NCBI RefSeq assembly: GCF_006345805.1
Contig: NC_043011.1
Coordinates: 17,310,464 to 17,374,463, forward strand
Direction of reading: 5' to 3'
DNA: 64,000 nt
Origin: Octopus sinensis
Lineage: Eukaryota
A program made the position numbers and the translations under genes. Under the pieces are notes generated by a model. It saw only the letters and a program-made list of their open reading frames with translations, ran no database searches and was not told where the DNA came from. Numbering within the stretch: position 1 is the stretch's first letter; each line of letters starts with the position of its first letter. Positions 51,759 to 64,000 of this stretch are shown piece after piece.

Positions 51759-52951
51759 TATTACATGTCTATATACAATATATAAACATGCATGTGTGTG
51801 TGTGCGCGTGCGTGTGTGTATGTGTGTGTGTGTGCGTGTGTGTATGTGTGTGTGGTATGCGCAGATTCTGCCTAAGCTACCACTACTTTTAATATAACTT
51901 TAAAAATTGAAGCTGATAGAGACACTGTTTTTGCTACTACGAGTACAGCTACCACCTTTATACAACTTCGCCCGCGGTTGCAAACCATTCATTTATATCA
52001 ACATTGACAGTAAGGAACAATAGACAACTGACTCTTCTAAATCGGTTGCTGTTACCAAACTGATTCAGCAACTACAGAGAAGGAGGTCAGCATCTACTAA
52101 CATTTTGTTCGAATAACATATTAACTTTCAAACTGTTATCATGAAAGATAAAACTTAATTTGACTCAATATATTTCCCAAGACAAAATTATCTTATGTAT
52201 TTGAATATGGTAGCATGTACTTATAGAAATGTAAATATTTTCTCCCTTTTATTCACGATAAAATTATCAAAACATTTTCTATATTTGCTTCTGATACACG
52301 CACTCACGCATACATATATATATGAGTATGCATATGTATATATATGTATATATCTTTCTTTTATCTTACATTTACTTGTTTCAGTTATTAGATCGGGGCT
52401 GTGCTGGGGCACCACCTTGAAGTATTTCTATTCGATTGACTCGACCACAGTACTTTTTTTTCTTTAAAGCCTGTTACTTAGTGTATCGATCTCTCTTGCC
52501 GAACAGCTAATGTCTTGTGGACGTAAACACACCACCACTAGTTTTTAAGTTATGATGGGAACACACACATGAACAAAGGCAAGCACATAGCTATACACAC
52601 ATGCATATAAGACGGTCTTCGTTAAGTTTCTGTCTATCAAATACACCTATAAGTGTATGTATGTGTGTGTATTTATATGTATACATATATACACACACAA
52701 ATATATATGTATATATATAATGCATACATACACACACACATATATATCTATATATATAACTTAAAAATAGGATAAAATCTTTATAAGAATTTAGGAAGTA
52801 GTGTTAAAAAACTTGAGAGAAAAAGCCACCAATTTTTCTCTTAAATATATCTATTTATATTATATAGAGGGCATTACTGTGTTTATTTATTTTGGTAGTT
52901 TTGACTTTAAGAGTCCCTCCAAGCGTGTGGTATTTATGTATAGTAATGCCC

Positions 52952-53012
<61 letters not shown>

Positions 53013-53409
53013 CATGCACACATACACACACACATATAAACAGAAGGAAGGTTCGGGAACATTTAAGCAAATACTTCAATCAACATTCTATGCGAGATCA
53101 TAGCTAAAAGCGTTTATATAGAGAGAAAACTATTCGATCAATAAGCAAATAAAAGAAAAAACTTGTATGTAAACTGAAGATCCATGTAATGTACAGATTA
53201 CAGAGATAGTGTAGCCATAGTGGAGAGTAAAGTAACATTTTAAGGAATAAAGATGGAAATATTATATTTATTATTCAGTTACGATCGTTTCAATGACCGG
53301 TTGAATGTTGTCTTACATCAATGAACATGCTGAATTGTACATATAAAAATTATTTAAGTAATATAAAGATTATATATGTCCACGATATATTAAATGAAAA
53401 TTAATAGCA

Positions 53410-53790
53410 GGCGCAGGAGTAACTGTGTGGTAAGTAGCTTGCTTAACAATCACATGGTTCCGAGTTCAGTCTCACTGCGGGGCTCCTTGGGTAAATATCC
53501 TCTACTATAGCCTCGGGCCTACCAAAGCCTGGCGAGTGTATTTGGTAGACGGAAACTGTAAGAAGCCGATCGTATATATGTATGTGTGTGTGTGTGTGTG
53601 TGTGTTTGTCCCCTCAACATCGCATGAAAATCGATGCTGGTTTGTTTACACAGCCGTAACTTAGTGGTTCGGCAAAAGAGACCGATAGAATAAGTACTAG
53701 GCTTGCAAAGAATAAGTTCTGGTGTCGAATTGCTCGACAAAAGGCGGTTCTCCGGCATGGCTGCAGTCAGATGAATGAAGCAATTAAAAG
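53410..53790 (+). mobile_element. SINE family A
   Basis: GGCGCAGGAGTAACTGTGTGGTAAG...CATGGCTGCAGTC. Confidence 0.88.
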
Positions 53791-54270
53791 AAACCATTCT
53801 TCTCTTCGAGACTGGTAACTAAAATAATACATGGGGCAGACAGTCGCACCAACACAAAAATTTGGAGGGACTTGGAAGATCATGGTAAAGGTTAATTTGA
53901 CTTATAGTTTGTGGGTAGTTCCTTTTATTGTAACACTTGAGTCACAAACATTGACAGATCAAGAAACTGGTTAAATTATAATCACTACCAGTGACACTTA
54001 GGGGACAACAATTGTTTCGCTTTTTCAAATTATATAAATGAAAATGAATTCGTTTAACAAATATTATTCTTGTTACTCTAAACTAAGCAAAAATCCATTT
54101 AAAAAATGAAGAATGTATGAAGGAGAAATAAAATAAAATTTTTATAATTAATAAGAAGTTTATCAAAAAATCAATGGGATGGGAAAGTAATTTCTGCAGA
54201 AATACGTTTATATGAGGTATGTTAAATGGCTTCGCATTTGCGAAAGAATAAGTCAATAATATGTAATTTT

Positions 54271-54650
54271 GTGGAGGCGCAATGGCCCAGTGGTTGGGGC
54301 AGCGGACTCGCGGTCGTAGGATTGCGGTTTCGATTCCCAGACCGGGCGTTGTGAGTGTTTATTGAGCGAAAACACCTAAAGCTCCACGAGGCTCCGGCAG
54401 GGGATGGTGGTGATCCCTGCTGTACTCTTTCACCACAACTTTCTCTCACTCTTACTTCCTGTTTCTGTTGTACCTGTATTTCAAGGGGCCGGCCTTGTCA
54501 CTCTCTGTGTCACGCTGAATATCTCCGAGAACTACGTTAAGGGTGCACGTGTCTGTGGAGTGCTCAGCCTTCACGAGCAGGCTGTTCCGTTGATTCGGAT
54601 CAATCGGAACCCTCATCGTCGTAACCGACGGAGTGCTTCCATCCAATATG
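54271..54650 (+). mobile_element. tRNA-derived SINE family D
   Basis: GTGGAGGCGCAATGGCCCAGTGG (A box) and GGTTTCGATTCCC (B box). The body contains GAGAACTACGTTAAG..GTGGAGTGCTCAGCC, also seen in the 41085/43950 repeat. Confidence 0.8.
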
Positions 54651-54860
54651 TACTTTTACATCATATCTTCAGTTTTCCGTTAAAAGGTAATCCTTTTTCT
54701 ACTCTGTTTTCGCTCCAGGATTTTCTCTGGCACTCAGACTGATCCTCACGTCAGAAGTAGTTGATCTAGAACATTCTACAAAAGCATACTGTGTTCTCCA
54801 TTTCATAAGTGGACTTTCATATTTTGATTCTCTCATTATATTGATAAGTTTATCTATGCT

Positions 54861-55072
54861 TTATTTACATTATTTGCATTGGACGGATATGTGTCCTCAT
54901 CTTGTTTGTTGTTACCATAGCGTTTCGGCTAATTTACTCTCCAGCCTTCATTTTATATGAGTAAATCAACCGAAACTTTGTGGTAACAACAAACAAGATG
55001 AGGACACATATTCGTCCAATGTAATTAATGTAAATAATGTACAGAATTCCTCTTCTCTAAAATATAGAACAG
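54861..55072. mobile_element. Head-to-head inverted pair of the 11545/33390 PLE-terminus family
   Basis: 54861-54930 is the reverse complement of about 54968-55037 (CCGAAAC...AACAACAAACAAGATGAGGACACATAT). Confidence 0.85.
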
Positions 55073-55759
55073 ATTTATCTCTGCTGTTATTCAATATGCA
55101 TCTATAAAGAATTGGTTAGAGCAATCAACGAAGGAGCTTGTAAGTAGTTGCTTTTACTATCAGTGTGTGGATCAGAATAATTAAAAACTATCAGAGTTAG
55201 CGCTTCTGTTTCTATAGTAAATTCATAATATTGTCTACATCTTGAGATGCGTTTAGTTAAATTTTTTTGCACTAAAAGCATTATTATCCGTTTCCAATCT
55301 GATCCACTTTGCCTTTCCTTCCTTCCGGGATCAATGAAATATATGGAACAAATGGGCAATATAACGAAGATAATACACATGGTGGATCTACAATGCAATA
55401 GATACTAAATCAAATGTCTGTTGAAGTTTTTTGAATAGATACAATTTCATAATCAAATAGGAATTTTATTAACCTAAAGTTAGATTACTTTACCTGGAGG
55501 ACGAAGCACTTCAAAATAGGTTATTTTGTCGACAGTATTAGGCACGAATGATATACAGACTATTTAGAAGATATATTTCAGGTGAGAAAGAAACTATAGG
55601 CTACGTGATGATCACCTGTCTATTTTACTCGAAGACGTTTTTTTTTATCAACATAACTTTCTAATAATGTTTTAAAGTATAAGGGAAATGGGTGAAAATA
55701 TGATGTAATTTCAGGTGAGAAATCGAACAGAAGTTTGTCTGAATTCGATTATAAAATAA

Positions 55760-56390
55760 GTCAAATGCTATACAATATAAATTCTTGATTTATCAAAATT
55801 ATCTCCGCCGACGGATTGCGATATCATAATCATCAAATGGTAATTAAGACCAAATCTACTTGAAAAGGGGAGATAATCCCAAGAATCACGATCTCGCCCA
55901 AACTGACACCCCAATAAGGAAAATAAGCAGTTTATTCCTTTGGAGATAAGTGGAGAGTCGTAGACGTGTGTTTCTGGCTCAATAGCCGTTTTCAGCACAA
56001 CATTTTCCTAGTAACTTAGAGACATAGACTTCTAAAAAGGCAACAGATATGGCCTGGGTAATTTGCACAATTTAAACAAAAATGAGTTGAGGGAAATAAC
56101 TGAAAGTAGCTGGTGACACGTATTTGAATAACATACGCAAATACAGGGATATCAAATGCTGTACAAGATAAATTCTTGATTTATTAACACTAACTCTGTC
56201 AGTAGAGAGAATATATCATAATTATCAAATGGGGATTATGACCATTTCCACTCGAAGAAGCGTTTTAATCTCAATAATAAAGATCTCATCCAAACTAACG
56301 TGACATGAAGGTAAAGGACAGGCTTATTGTCTGGAGATAAATGGACAGCCATGAACAGGTGTTTCTAGCTCAATAACCGTCTTCAGAACA
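55760..56390 (+). repeat. Old, diverged tandem duplication with a period of about 390 bp
   Basis: TCAAATGCT.TACAA.ATAAATTCTTGATTTAT at 55762 and 56152. GGAGATAA.TGGA.AG...GTGTTTCT.GCTCAATA.CCGT at about 55940 and 56330. Confidence 0.75.
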
Positions 56391-57214
56391 AATTCGTATC
56401 ACTTTTTTTTTTTCGTGTTTGGAAAAAAATGAACATTTGACAAATAATACTGGAATATTTTACTGTCTAGAACGATTTAGTAAGAGTAATTTTTAATTTC
56501 AGGATTGATTTACTACACCGCAAGATCTTTCTTAATGATTTTCTGCGGAGGTTGAACCTACACATTGATTGCCGCAGCTTTATTTTCCTTAATTACATGC
56601 CGTGAAAATAATTTGCCAACAATATGTGAAGAAATAAACTTTGGTTACTTGTATTTTATGTCTTGTGACTGTCGTATATTTTTTAATGTCTAGTAAAATG
56701 TATGCAGAATATTGTGGAGCCAAAAAAATTAGCGTGTCTGTTTGTCAGAGACATCAGTCAGAATGATCTCTGAATTATTCTTCAAATTAAATTCTGCAGT
56801 CTCAAAAAAAATAAAACAATTCAGTTTTATTAATAGGATGGTATTTGAAACCATACACATGTTTCGAAAATTTTTCCATTTCTTCTTCAAATATTCCCTC
56901 TAGAGATAGTTACATGTTATTCTCGTTTTAAATGTCAAATATTTACGATGTTGTCTAAATGCATGCCGAATGTTTTGTTTAAGCAATTTGCTATGTCAGC
57001 AGTGAGTCTTTATTTTATTGTATCCAGTCAAAAGTTTTTGCTATGTTTTTGTAACTTATTTGCTTTATTCATAAATTTACAACAAAAGTGGCATAGCATT
57101 CATAGCAGAGTCCATCGTGTTGCATTGTCTGCAGTTACCTTTTCTACCAGTTCTTTGAATCCACGCTAATACCGGTTTTTATCAATCGAGGCGAAGGACT
57201 GAAGTTTCTACCTA

Positions 57215-57640
57215 TTCTTATTTCCTATTTCTTTACTGCCCACAAGAGGCTACACAAAGAGGGATAAACAAGGACAGAGAAAGGGATTAAGTCAATTGCA
57301 CCGACCCCAGTGCGTAACTGGTACTTAATTTATCGCTCCCGAAAGGATGAAAGGCAAAGACGACCTCTGCGGAATTTGAATTCAGAACATAAAGACAGAC
57401 GAAATACCTATTTCTATATTACCCACAAGGGACTAAACACAGAGAGGACAAACGAGAACAGACAAACGGATTAAGTCGATTGCACCGACCCCAGTGCGTA
57501 ACTGATACTTAATTTTTCGACACCGAAAGGATGAAAGGCAAAGTCGACCTCTGCGGAATTGGAACTCAGAACGTAAAGACAGACGAAATACCACTTTGCA
57601 TTTTGCCCGGCGTGCTAACGTTTCTGCCAGTTCGCCGCCT
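57215..57640 (-). mobile_element. SINE family B, multimeric form
   Basis: Head at about 57640 and two core modules joined at GAAATACCTATTTC (about 57400). Confidence 0.88.
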
Positions 57641-57769
57641 TCTACCTATTCTTGGTTGTTGAAACATCGTGAGTGCGGGAAGTGAGCCATGGATCAGAAC
57701 AAGCAATAATCCGAGGGATTTATTTTTTCGCAATCCTAATGTGCATAAGCAGTGGTTAGGTAAGACCTT

Positions 57770-58512
57770 GTGCTTGAAACGTCCATAAGTGCTGATACTT
57801 CTAAGTGCATCGATTATTATTGTTATTACATTCACCCTCTTCATTGCCAACAACCTGCGTATTTCCCATTTCAATTCGTCATTGTTGTTCACTTTTTCTT
57901 TTTCTTTCTTTTCGATCTTGTTGCCTCCGGACGTGGCGTTTCGATTAACAGGTATGTCTCTCCATTTTGCTGACCACAGCAATATCAGGTTTCCGATGTC
58001 TAATCTGATGGTCACATTGAGCCATTGCATGCCACAGGATTTTGCAACCTTCATTCTCAGTAACTTCTGCGATTTGGTCAAACCACATCTTTGCTCTTTG
58101 TAGGCCACGATTTCCGCAGAGCTCCCAAAGGATCATTCTTGCCACATTGTCATATCATCTTTTGTATTCGCGTTGTGTCAATTCGCCATACTTTTTCCAT
58201 GAAATCGGTCAACATTCGATGCAATGCCAAATAGGTTCATACATTCAATAATCCAAGAATGTGGTATCATATTGTACGCCTTACGATAGTCGATCCATGA
58301 CATGGCTAAGTTTCTTTTCTTCCTCTTGCAAGTCTCTGAGTACAGTTTTGTCTATCAGGAGTTGATCCTTGGTACGTCTGCACTTACGCTTGCAACCCTT
58401 CTGCTCATGTGGCAGGACTCCATTTTTTTCCAGATGTTCGTTCATTGACTCTGCGAGTATTCCAGTCAATAATTTCCACATAAGTATTATTATTATTATT
58501 ATCATTATTATT

Positions 58513-58545
<33 letters not shown>

Positions 58546-59300
58546 ATTATTATTATTATAATTTTGACTTTTGCTTTGTATTTGTACAACTGGACTCCAA
58601 GTCTCACCTAGAGACCGCATGAGACAACAAGTTAGAAGTTCAATTTGGTACTATGACTAGAATGCCATATATTTGGTTTTGCACAAAGTATTGTTCTAGA
58701 GAATGTTTAAGAAAACAAAAGAAAAAACCATAAGTTTGTTTTAAAATTTGACATTATATAGACTCTTTTACGTAGAATATGGGCAGCTCACATGAGCACT
58801 ATTTTTATAAATTCTGCCATTTTCTTTTTTTGTTTCCTGGTATCTGAGCTAGGTAGGAATCAGCCCTATTTGCTATCATTCCTAGGGCACCTATGAAAAC
58901 GGATATTGTTTTAGTTTTGAGGTTCCACATCTCGCCAGTTTCTATTTCAAGATCTTTATACTTGCTCAGTTTTTGGTAGGTCTTGACAGATACATTTATG
59001 TCGATTGGAATAGTTATATCGATGAGATTGCTTGATTTTTGTCTGAGGTTATCCAATATAATGTCTGTAATATTCGCATCTGCCTTTCTGTCAGTCTGAT
59101 ATTAAGCCCTGTAGTTGTTGATCATTTTTTGCAAAGAGATTTAAATCATCCATATAAAGGAGATAGTTTATATTTTTATCAAGCATTCTACGGACAACGA
59201 ATCGCGAACCAGCAACTCTCCTAATCCCAGGGAATGTTCTAATGGGTTTACGTTTTAAGGATTCCCTAATTGGTGCCCCACTGACCTCCATATTTTTACT
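57770..59300 (-). pseudogene. Scrambled R4/Dong-like LINE fragments (RT and restriction-like endonuclease)
   Basis: MWKLLTGI...[20 protein letters not shown]; KAYDMIPHSW; KILW...HRKPDIAVV; LIDITIP...KLSKYKDLEIE...WNLKT...IGALG; LLYMDDLNLFAKN. Confidence 0.88.
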
Positions 59301-61512
59301 GCATTTTAAACTAAATACAAGGCATTGTAAACCAAATCAGAGCAAAGACAATGAACTTCATCCCATGAACTGCCAGGGAGTATCGTAAAGAGGTTCAATT
59401 TCTGAAGGGCCACTTAAATATAACCCCCATGATCCCTCTATTTTTATTGCAGTTACCTCTCTCCTACGTTTATTCATTAAACTATGCTTCAGTGCTTAGC
59501 ACAGTTGTAAAAACAAGTTTGGACATTCTAAATACCTTCACGCACATTCAATTCGAGATAAAGTGTTATAACAGGTACGTTTCAATTATGGTAGTATGGA
59601 TATTTATATTTTGTAGTGTATGAAACTTATGTTTAGGTAGAAGACTAATCTCCCTGTTCCGGTTACATATTGGTGCTAGATCTTTGGGCCCCAGATTTAT
59701 AGAGATTTTTCCAACTGAATATCCTATAATATTCCAAGCTAGCCTGCGTGCCAAAATTCAGCTATCCTGAATGCCGTCTGAAGGGCGGCTTCAAGTCTAG
59801 AAACTTAGCTGTAAGTCAAAGCAGAAACTAGTTGTATGTCTATCGGTAAAGCTGACAGAAATCGGTCGAAGGGTTGATACGAAACACCGACATACTGTTA
59901 CAGAAATGGAATTCACGTTACATGTTGAATGAACAACAAATTAATGGGACATGGGGTTTAGATATGGGTGCGAGTGAAGCATAGGTATTAAATGTATGGG
60001 TATGGGTGTGTGGATACATGTCGGGTAGGGAATTTGGAATGGGGTACCGGGTAATTAATACTAGGAGATACATATACAATGAATGTGTCCGAGTTCATTA
60101 CATTTCACAAGAGTAGAGAGCCATGAAGCGGCCCGATAGTGGGATGTAAGGCCCTAAAAGTTCCCTCTGCAGGAGTTAGAAAGAATGCCGCTCGAAGGGC
60201 TGCTTCAAGACTGGTTTTATAAATTTCCAGACATTTCCTAATCCAGCTATGTGGTAGACTATCAAAAGCATTTTTATAGTCTTTTTAGGCTATCGAAATG
60301 TTCTTAATGTGTATTTTCTACTTGTTATGTCGTTAAAAACACGTAACAGGTGGTAATAAACAGTGGACTATTGAGGAGGATTTAGACCTGGTATTTTTTC
60401 CCGTACTTGTCACTCGTTGTCTGTTTACGTATTTGTGCTCGTTGGTGATTCCTGTATGTTTTTCATTTTTATTTAATAAAAGCTACGAAGCCTTTGTCAA
60501 CAGTAAGTTTTTACATTATATTTATATATATATATCTGTATGTATGTGTGTATGTATGTATGTATGTATGTATGTATGTATGTATGTATGTATGTATGTA
60601 TGTATGTATGTATGTGTGTATTTATATATATATATATATATATAAATATAACCCCATTTTAAGTACCTCTTCCGTCAGGTGTATGTGCGAATAAAATTGC
60701 TTTTAAGTAAGGATATCTATTCAGATAAATTCAAAAGACACTGATTTTGGCATTTGTTAAGTAGTAGTTTTGCTAGCTCTGTCATTTCCATTAAATTATT
60801 CACGTGCTTTTTATTTCCTTAATACCGGAAAGATAGGAAAACAAGTCAATCACTTGAAAATATTAATAACAAGAATTGTCATTTCTTGTCTTTAGATAAA
60901 AAGAAGTAAAATTGAATTCTAGGTTAAGGACTATATATATATATATTTATTTTTCCAAAGGTGATTCAAAACAGTCTTGACCCACTAAAACCAATAGAAA
61001 ATGTTATTATTTAAGATGTTCTTCGTCGGTACTTCTACTCCCAACTTAAAGAAACAAACTGAATACTAACATCGATAAAGTCAACCAAATATTGGTAGAG
61101 AAGCAAATATAAAATTCCACTAATGAAACTGAGAACACTATGCTTTTGTAGAATGTTCTAGATCAACTCCTTCTCTAGTGAGGATTAGTTTGAGTACTAG
61201 AGAAAATCTTAGAGTGAAAATAGAATTGAGAAATTGAAAAACTGAAAATATATTTTATAAATAAATTCCTTTATCATGTTTTTTGGACAACCTAAAGATA
61301 TATAACATGCGTTAGATTAGTGTCTTTGTTCGGAAAATATATTCCTGACACAAGGACAGTTTAATAGGGTATATAGCGCTGCAGATATCGTTTCTTTCAT
61401 CCGTACCCATTCTTTATTTTGTATTGCCGGCAACCGTGGAGAATGGCGACGTACAGTAAAAGAGGGAATACAAAAGAGTGACAGAGAGAGAGAGAGGAGT
61501 ACCGCAAATGTA

Positions 61513-63061
61513 TTGGCATCCTTTCTGTCTCGGGAGACAATGGAGTTGCGCATGTTTTTTTTTCTTTTGTAGTCTAGTCCGGCTTTTATATTTCATGTCC
61601 TGATACATTTCCTGCTGTGGCTGTGTAGTCCTATCCTAGACAAACACTTCCTCTGGCAGGTACCGCAAATGTAGCGAAGACTGTTTCTGGCTGGTTGTAT
61701 GCCATAGTCTCTTGTTTACGTCTCTTCCTTTCTTTCCATTTCTCCTCTCTCTCTCTGTCACTCTTTTGAATTCCCTCTTTTACTGTACGTCGCCATTCTC
61801 CACGGTTGCCGGCAACTGCCTCCCAACCGCTAATATTGATGTTGCAGGCCTTCATATCCCTTTTGCAAACATCCCTGTAACGTAAGATCGGTCTACCCAC
61901 AGACCTAGTAACCCTAGCAAGCTCTCCGTAGAGTATGTCCTTGGGGATTCTGCCATCTTTCATACGGCTAACATGCCCAAGCCATCTCATACGTCTTTGT
62001 GTGAGGAGTGCAAACATGCTTGGTATTCCTGCTTGCCTGAGGACATCTTTGTTGGGGATATGATTCTGCCATTTGATGCGGAGGATTTTTCGGAGGCAGC
62101 GCAAGTGAAAGATGTTTAGGCGACGCTCTTGGCGTGTGTATAGCGTCCAAGTCTCGCTTCCATAAAGTAGAGTGCAGAGTACACATGCCTGGTAGATCTT
62201 CATTTTCGTGGTCTTGGTCAGCTTATTGTTGTCCCAAGCCAGTTTGGAGAGTTGGGCCATCGTAGCAGCTGCCTTGCCAATGCGTATATTGAGCTCAGCG
62301 TCAAGGGATAGGTTGTAGGTGACGGTAGAGCCCAGATAGGTAAACTTCTCCACCTCTTGTAATCTGTGGTCTCCAATATGTATGTTTGGGATGTCCGATG
62401 TAGCCTGGCCCATGATGTTGGTCTTCTTAAGGCTGATAGCTAAGCCAAAGTCGTTACATGCTTGCTCAAAACAGTTAATGAGCCTTTGGAGGGCTTCTTC
62501 TGTGTGTGTTACCAGAGCGGCATCATCAGCAAATAACATCTCCTTGATCAGGACGTTTCTGATTTTGGTCTTGGCACGCAGGCGCGAGAGATTGAACAGT
62601 TTCCCGTCACTTCTACTGTGCAGAAACACTCCATCATCTGATGTCTGAAAGGCATGTGAAAGTAAGAGTGAGAAGAAGATGCCAAACAATGTAGGAGCGA
62701 GGACACAGCCTTGCTTGACCCCGTTTTTTATTTGGAAGGCGGCTGATGTTGAACCGTTGTGCTGTATGGTGCCTTGCATGTCATCATGGAAAGACTTGAT
62801 GATCCTCAGCAGCTTTGGTGGACATCCGAATTTTTGGAGCAGGAGGAAGAGGCCTGTTCTGCTTACCGAGTCAAAAGCCTTTGTTAGATCAATGAAGGCC
62901 ATATATAATGGCATTTTCTGCTCTCTGGACTTCTCCTGAAGTTGGCGTATGGAGAATATCATATCGATAGTTGATCTGCTTCTTCTAAAGCCACACTGCA
63001 ATTCCGGATAGATTCGAGAAGCAAGTAGTTGTAGCCTGGCCAGGATAACGCGGGCAAATAA
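61513..63061 (-). mobile_element. Recent 5'-truncated RTE-clade LINE (BovB/RTE-like)
   Basis: Starts mid-RT (LFARVILARLQLLASRIYPE) and ends with an RTE-type 3' tail CCATTGTCTCCCGAGACAGAAAGGATGCCAA. Confidence 0.93.
61631..63001 (-). CDS. RTE LINE reverse transcriptase, partial 456-aa open frame (TE-derived; C-terminal zinc finger frameshifted)
   Basis: QCGFR, FIDLTKAFDSV, GVKQGCVLAPTLF, LFADDAAL, FTYLGS, LLYGSETW, RWLGHV and RIPKDILYGEL are all in frame. YICGTCQRKCLSRIGLHSHSRKC lies in another frame from about 61675. Confidence 0.92.
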   Translation of the reverse strand: MQCGFRRSRSTIDMIFSIRQLQEKSREQKMPLYMAFIDLTKAFDSVSRTGLFLLLQKFGCPPKLLRIIKSFHDDMQGTIQHNGSTSAAFQIKNGVKQGCVLAPTLFGIFFSLLLSHAFQTSDDGVFLHSRSDGKLFNLSRLRAKTKIRNVLIKEMLFADDAALVTHTEEALQRLINCFEQACNDFGLAISLKKTNIMGQATSDIPNIHIGDHRLQEVEKFTYLGSTVTYNLSLDAELNIRIGKAAATMAQLSKLAWDNNKLTKTTKMKIYQACVLCTLLYGSETWTLYTRQERRLNIFHLRCLRKILRIKWQNHIPNKDVLRQAGIPSMFALLTQRRMRWLGHVSRMKDGRIPKDILYGELARVTRSVGRPILRYRDVCKRDMKACNINISGWEAVAGNRGEWRRTVKEGIQKSDREREEKWKERKRRKQETMAYNQPETVFATFAVPARGSVCLG

Positions 63062-63778
63062 ATTCTTTATTTTAATCTATTGATATCTTGTAATTTTAAG
63101 TATGAAGTTCAATATTCGGTGGAAAGCATCATATTTCATTTATATTCTTAGTAACTGCGACGCAGATTTTGTCTCCTGAGTATCTACGATGGATTTTTAT
63201 CAAAATATTTTAGTAGACAAAACAAAGTTGTTTATAATTTTGTATGAAGTTTTACAGAATTCTGAGGTTTCATTATTCTTTCGAAGAATAAGCATTACAG
63301 AATTATAATTTTATTTATTGTCCTCCTGTATGAGACTGCTGATGTGAAATTATGTCCGATTAGACAAGGTTTCTTTCAAACAGCGCAAGCATCATTAAAA
63401 AGACATTTTTTTATCTTGTTCTGCTAACAATGCACTTACAACAATTTATATTTCAAAGGTTTTAAACTAAATATTGTATCTGCAGATATGTTACGGAATA
63501 AAAAAGAATGCAATAATATTTTTGAACAAATAACATCCATGGCAACGTCGAGTACGTAGCTTTATCATGGGACTACAAAGTAATTAGTAAGTATTCATTC
63601 GACTAAAATATCTGAAATAAAACAAGCATTAACGCGGCACTTAATGTGATTGCTCAAAGTCGGTTATGATATATATATATATATAAATAGAGAGAGAGAG
63701 AGAGAGAGGTGAGAGAGATGTTAGAGAGAGGCAATTATGCGGATAAACAAATCAAATATAACAGCTTCTGTTTGATAT

Positions 63779-63840
<62 letters not shown>

Positions 63841-64000
63841 TAAAACTTTAAGAATGCATCTTTATCATTTACCATTTCCTCGTTTCACTCACTGAATTGT
63901 GGTCATGCTGTGGCATCGCCTTGAAAGGTTTAGATGAATAAACCGACCATAGTATTTATCTTTAAGTCTAGTACTTATTCTATCGGTATCTTTCGTCGAA

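Noticed and set aside
55768-55998. 76-aa ORF with a vague cadherin-like look
   Set aside because: Lacks the LDRE and DxND motifs, and the duplicated copy at about 56150-56390 has multiple stops.
59771-59782. ATGCCGTCTGAA, the Neisseria DNA uptake 12-mer
   Set aside because: A single occurrence in clearly animal, repeat-rich DNA. The paralogous repeat at about 60183 lacks it, so it is a coincidence.

Overview
AT-rich, microsatellite-saturated animal genomic DNA, most likely an octopus or other coleoid cephalopod (inferred from the tRNA-derived SINE families, not verified by search). No complete host gene, rRNA, true tRNA or CRISPR array is visible, and most ORFs in the track are microsatellite artefacts. 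The window is a patchwork of transposon remnants: tRNA-derived SINEs of about 4 families; one recent 5'-truncated RTE LINE with a 456-aa open RT frame and one old RTE; several R4/Dong-like LINE fragments; three Penelope-like (PLE) RT/GIY-YIG remnants; a fold-back mariner and a mariner MITE; and a Helitron remnant. The most interesting signal is at RNA level. At least five unrelated short elements carry minimal type-I hammerhead ribozyme (HHR) folds, and the core 3-8 pair takes all of C-G (1151, 2954), U-A (8257, 8742) and G-C (48322). Several of these elements sit as head-to-head inverted pairs, often inside (TA)n. The best case is a 362-nt tandem unit present as two oppositely oriented, circularly permuted greater-than-unit copies (8030-8948), resembling a retrozyme. 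All folds were derived by eye, activity is untested, and coordinates of degenerate repeats are approximate.
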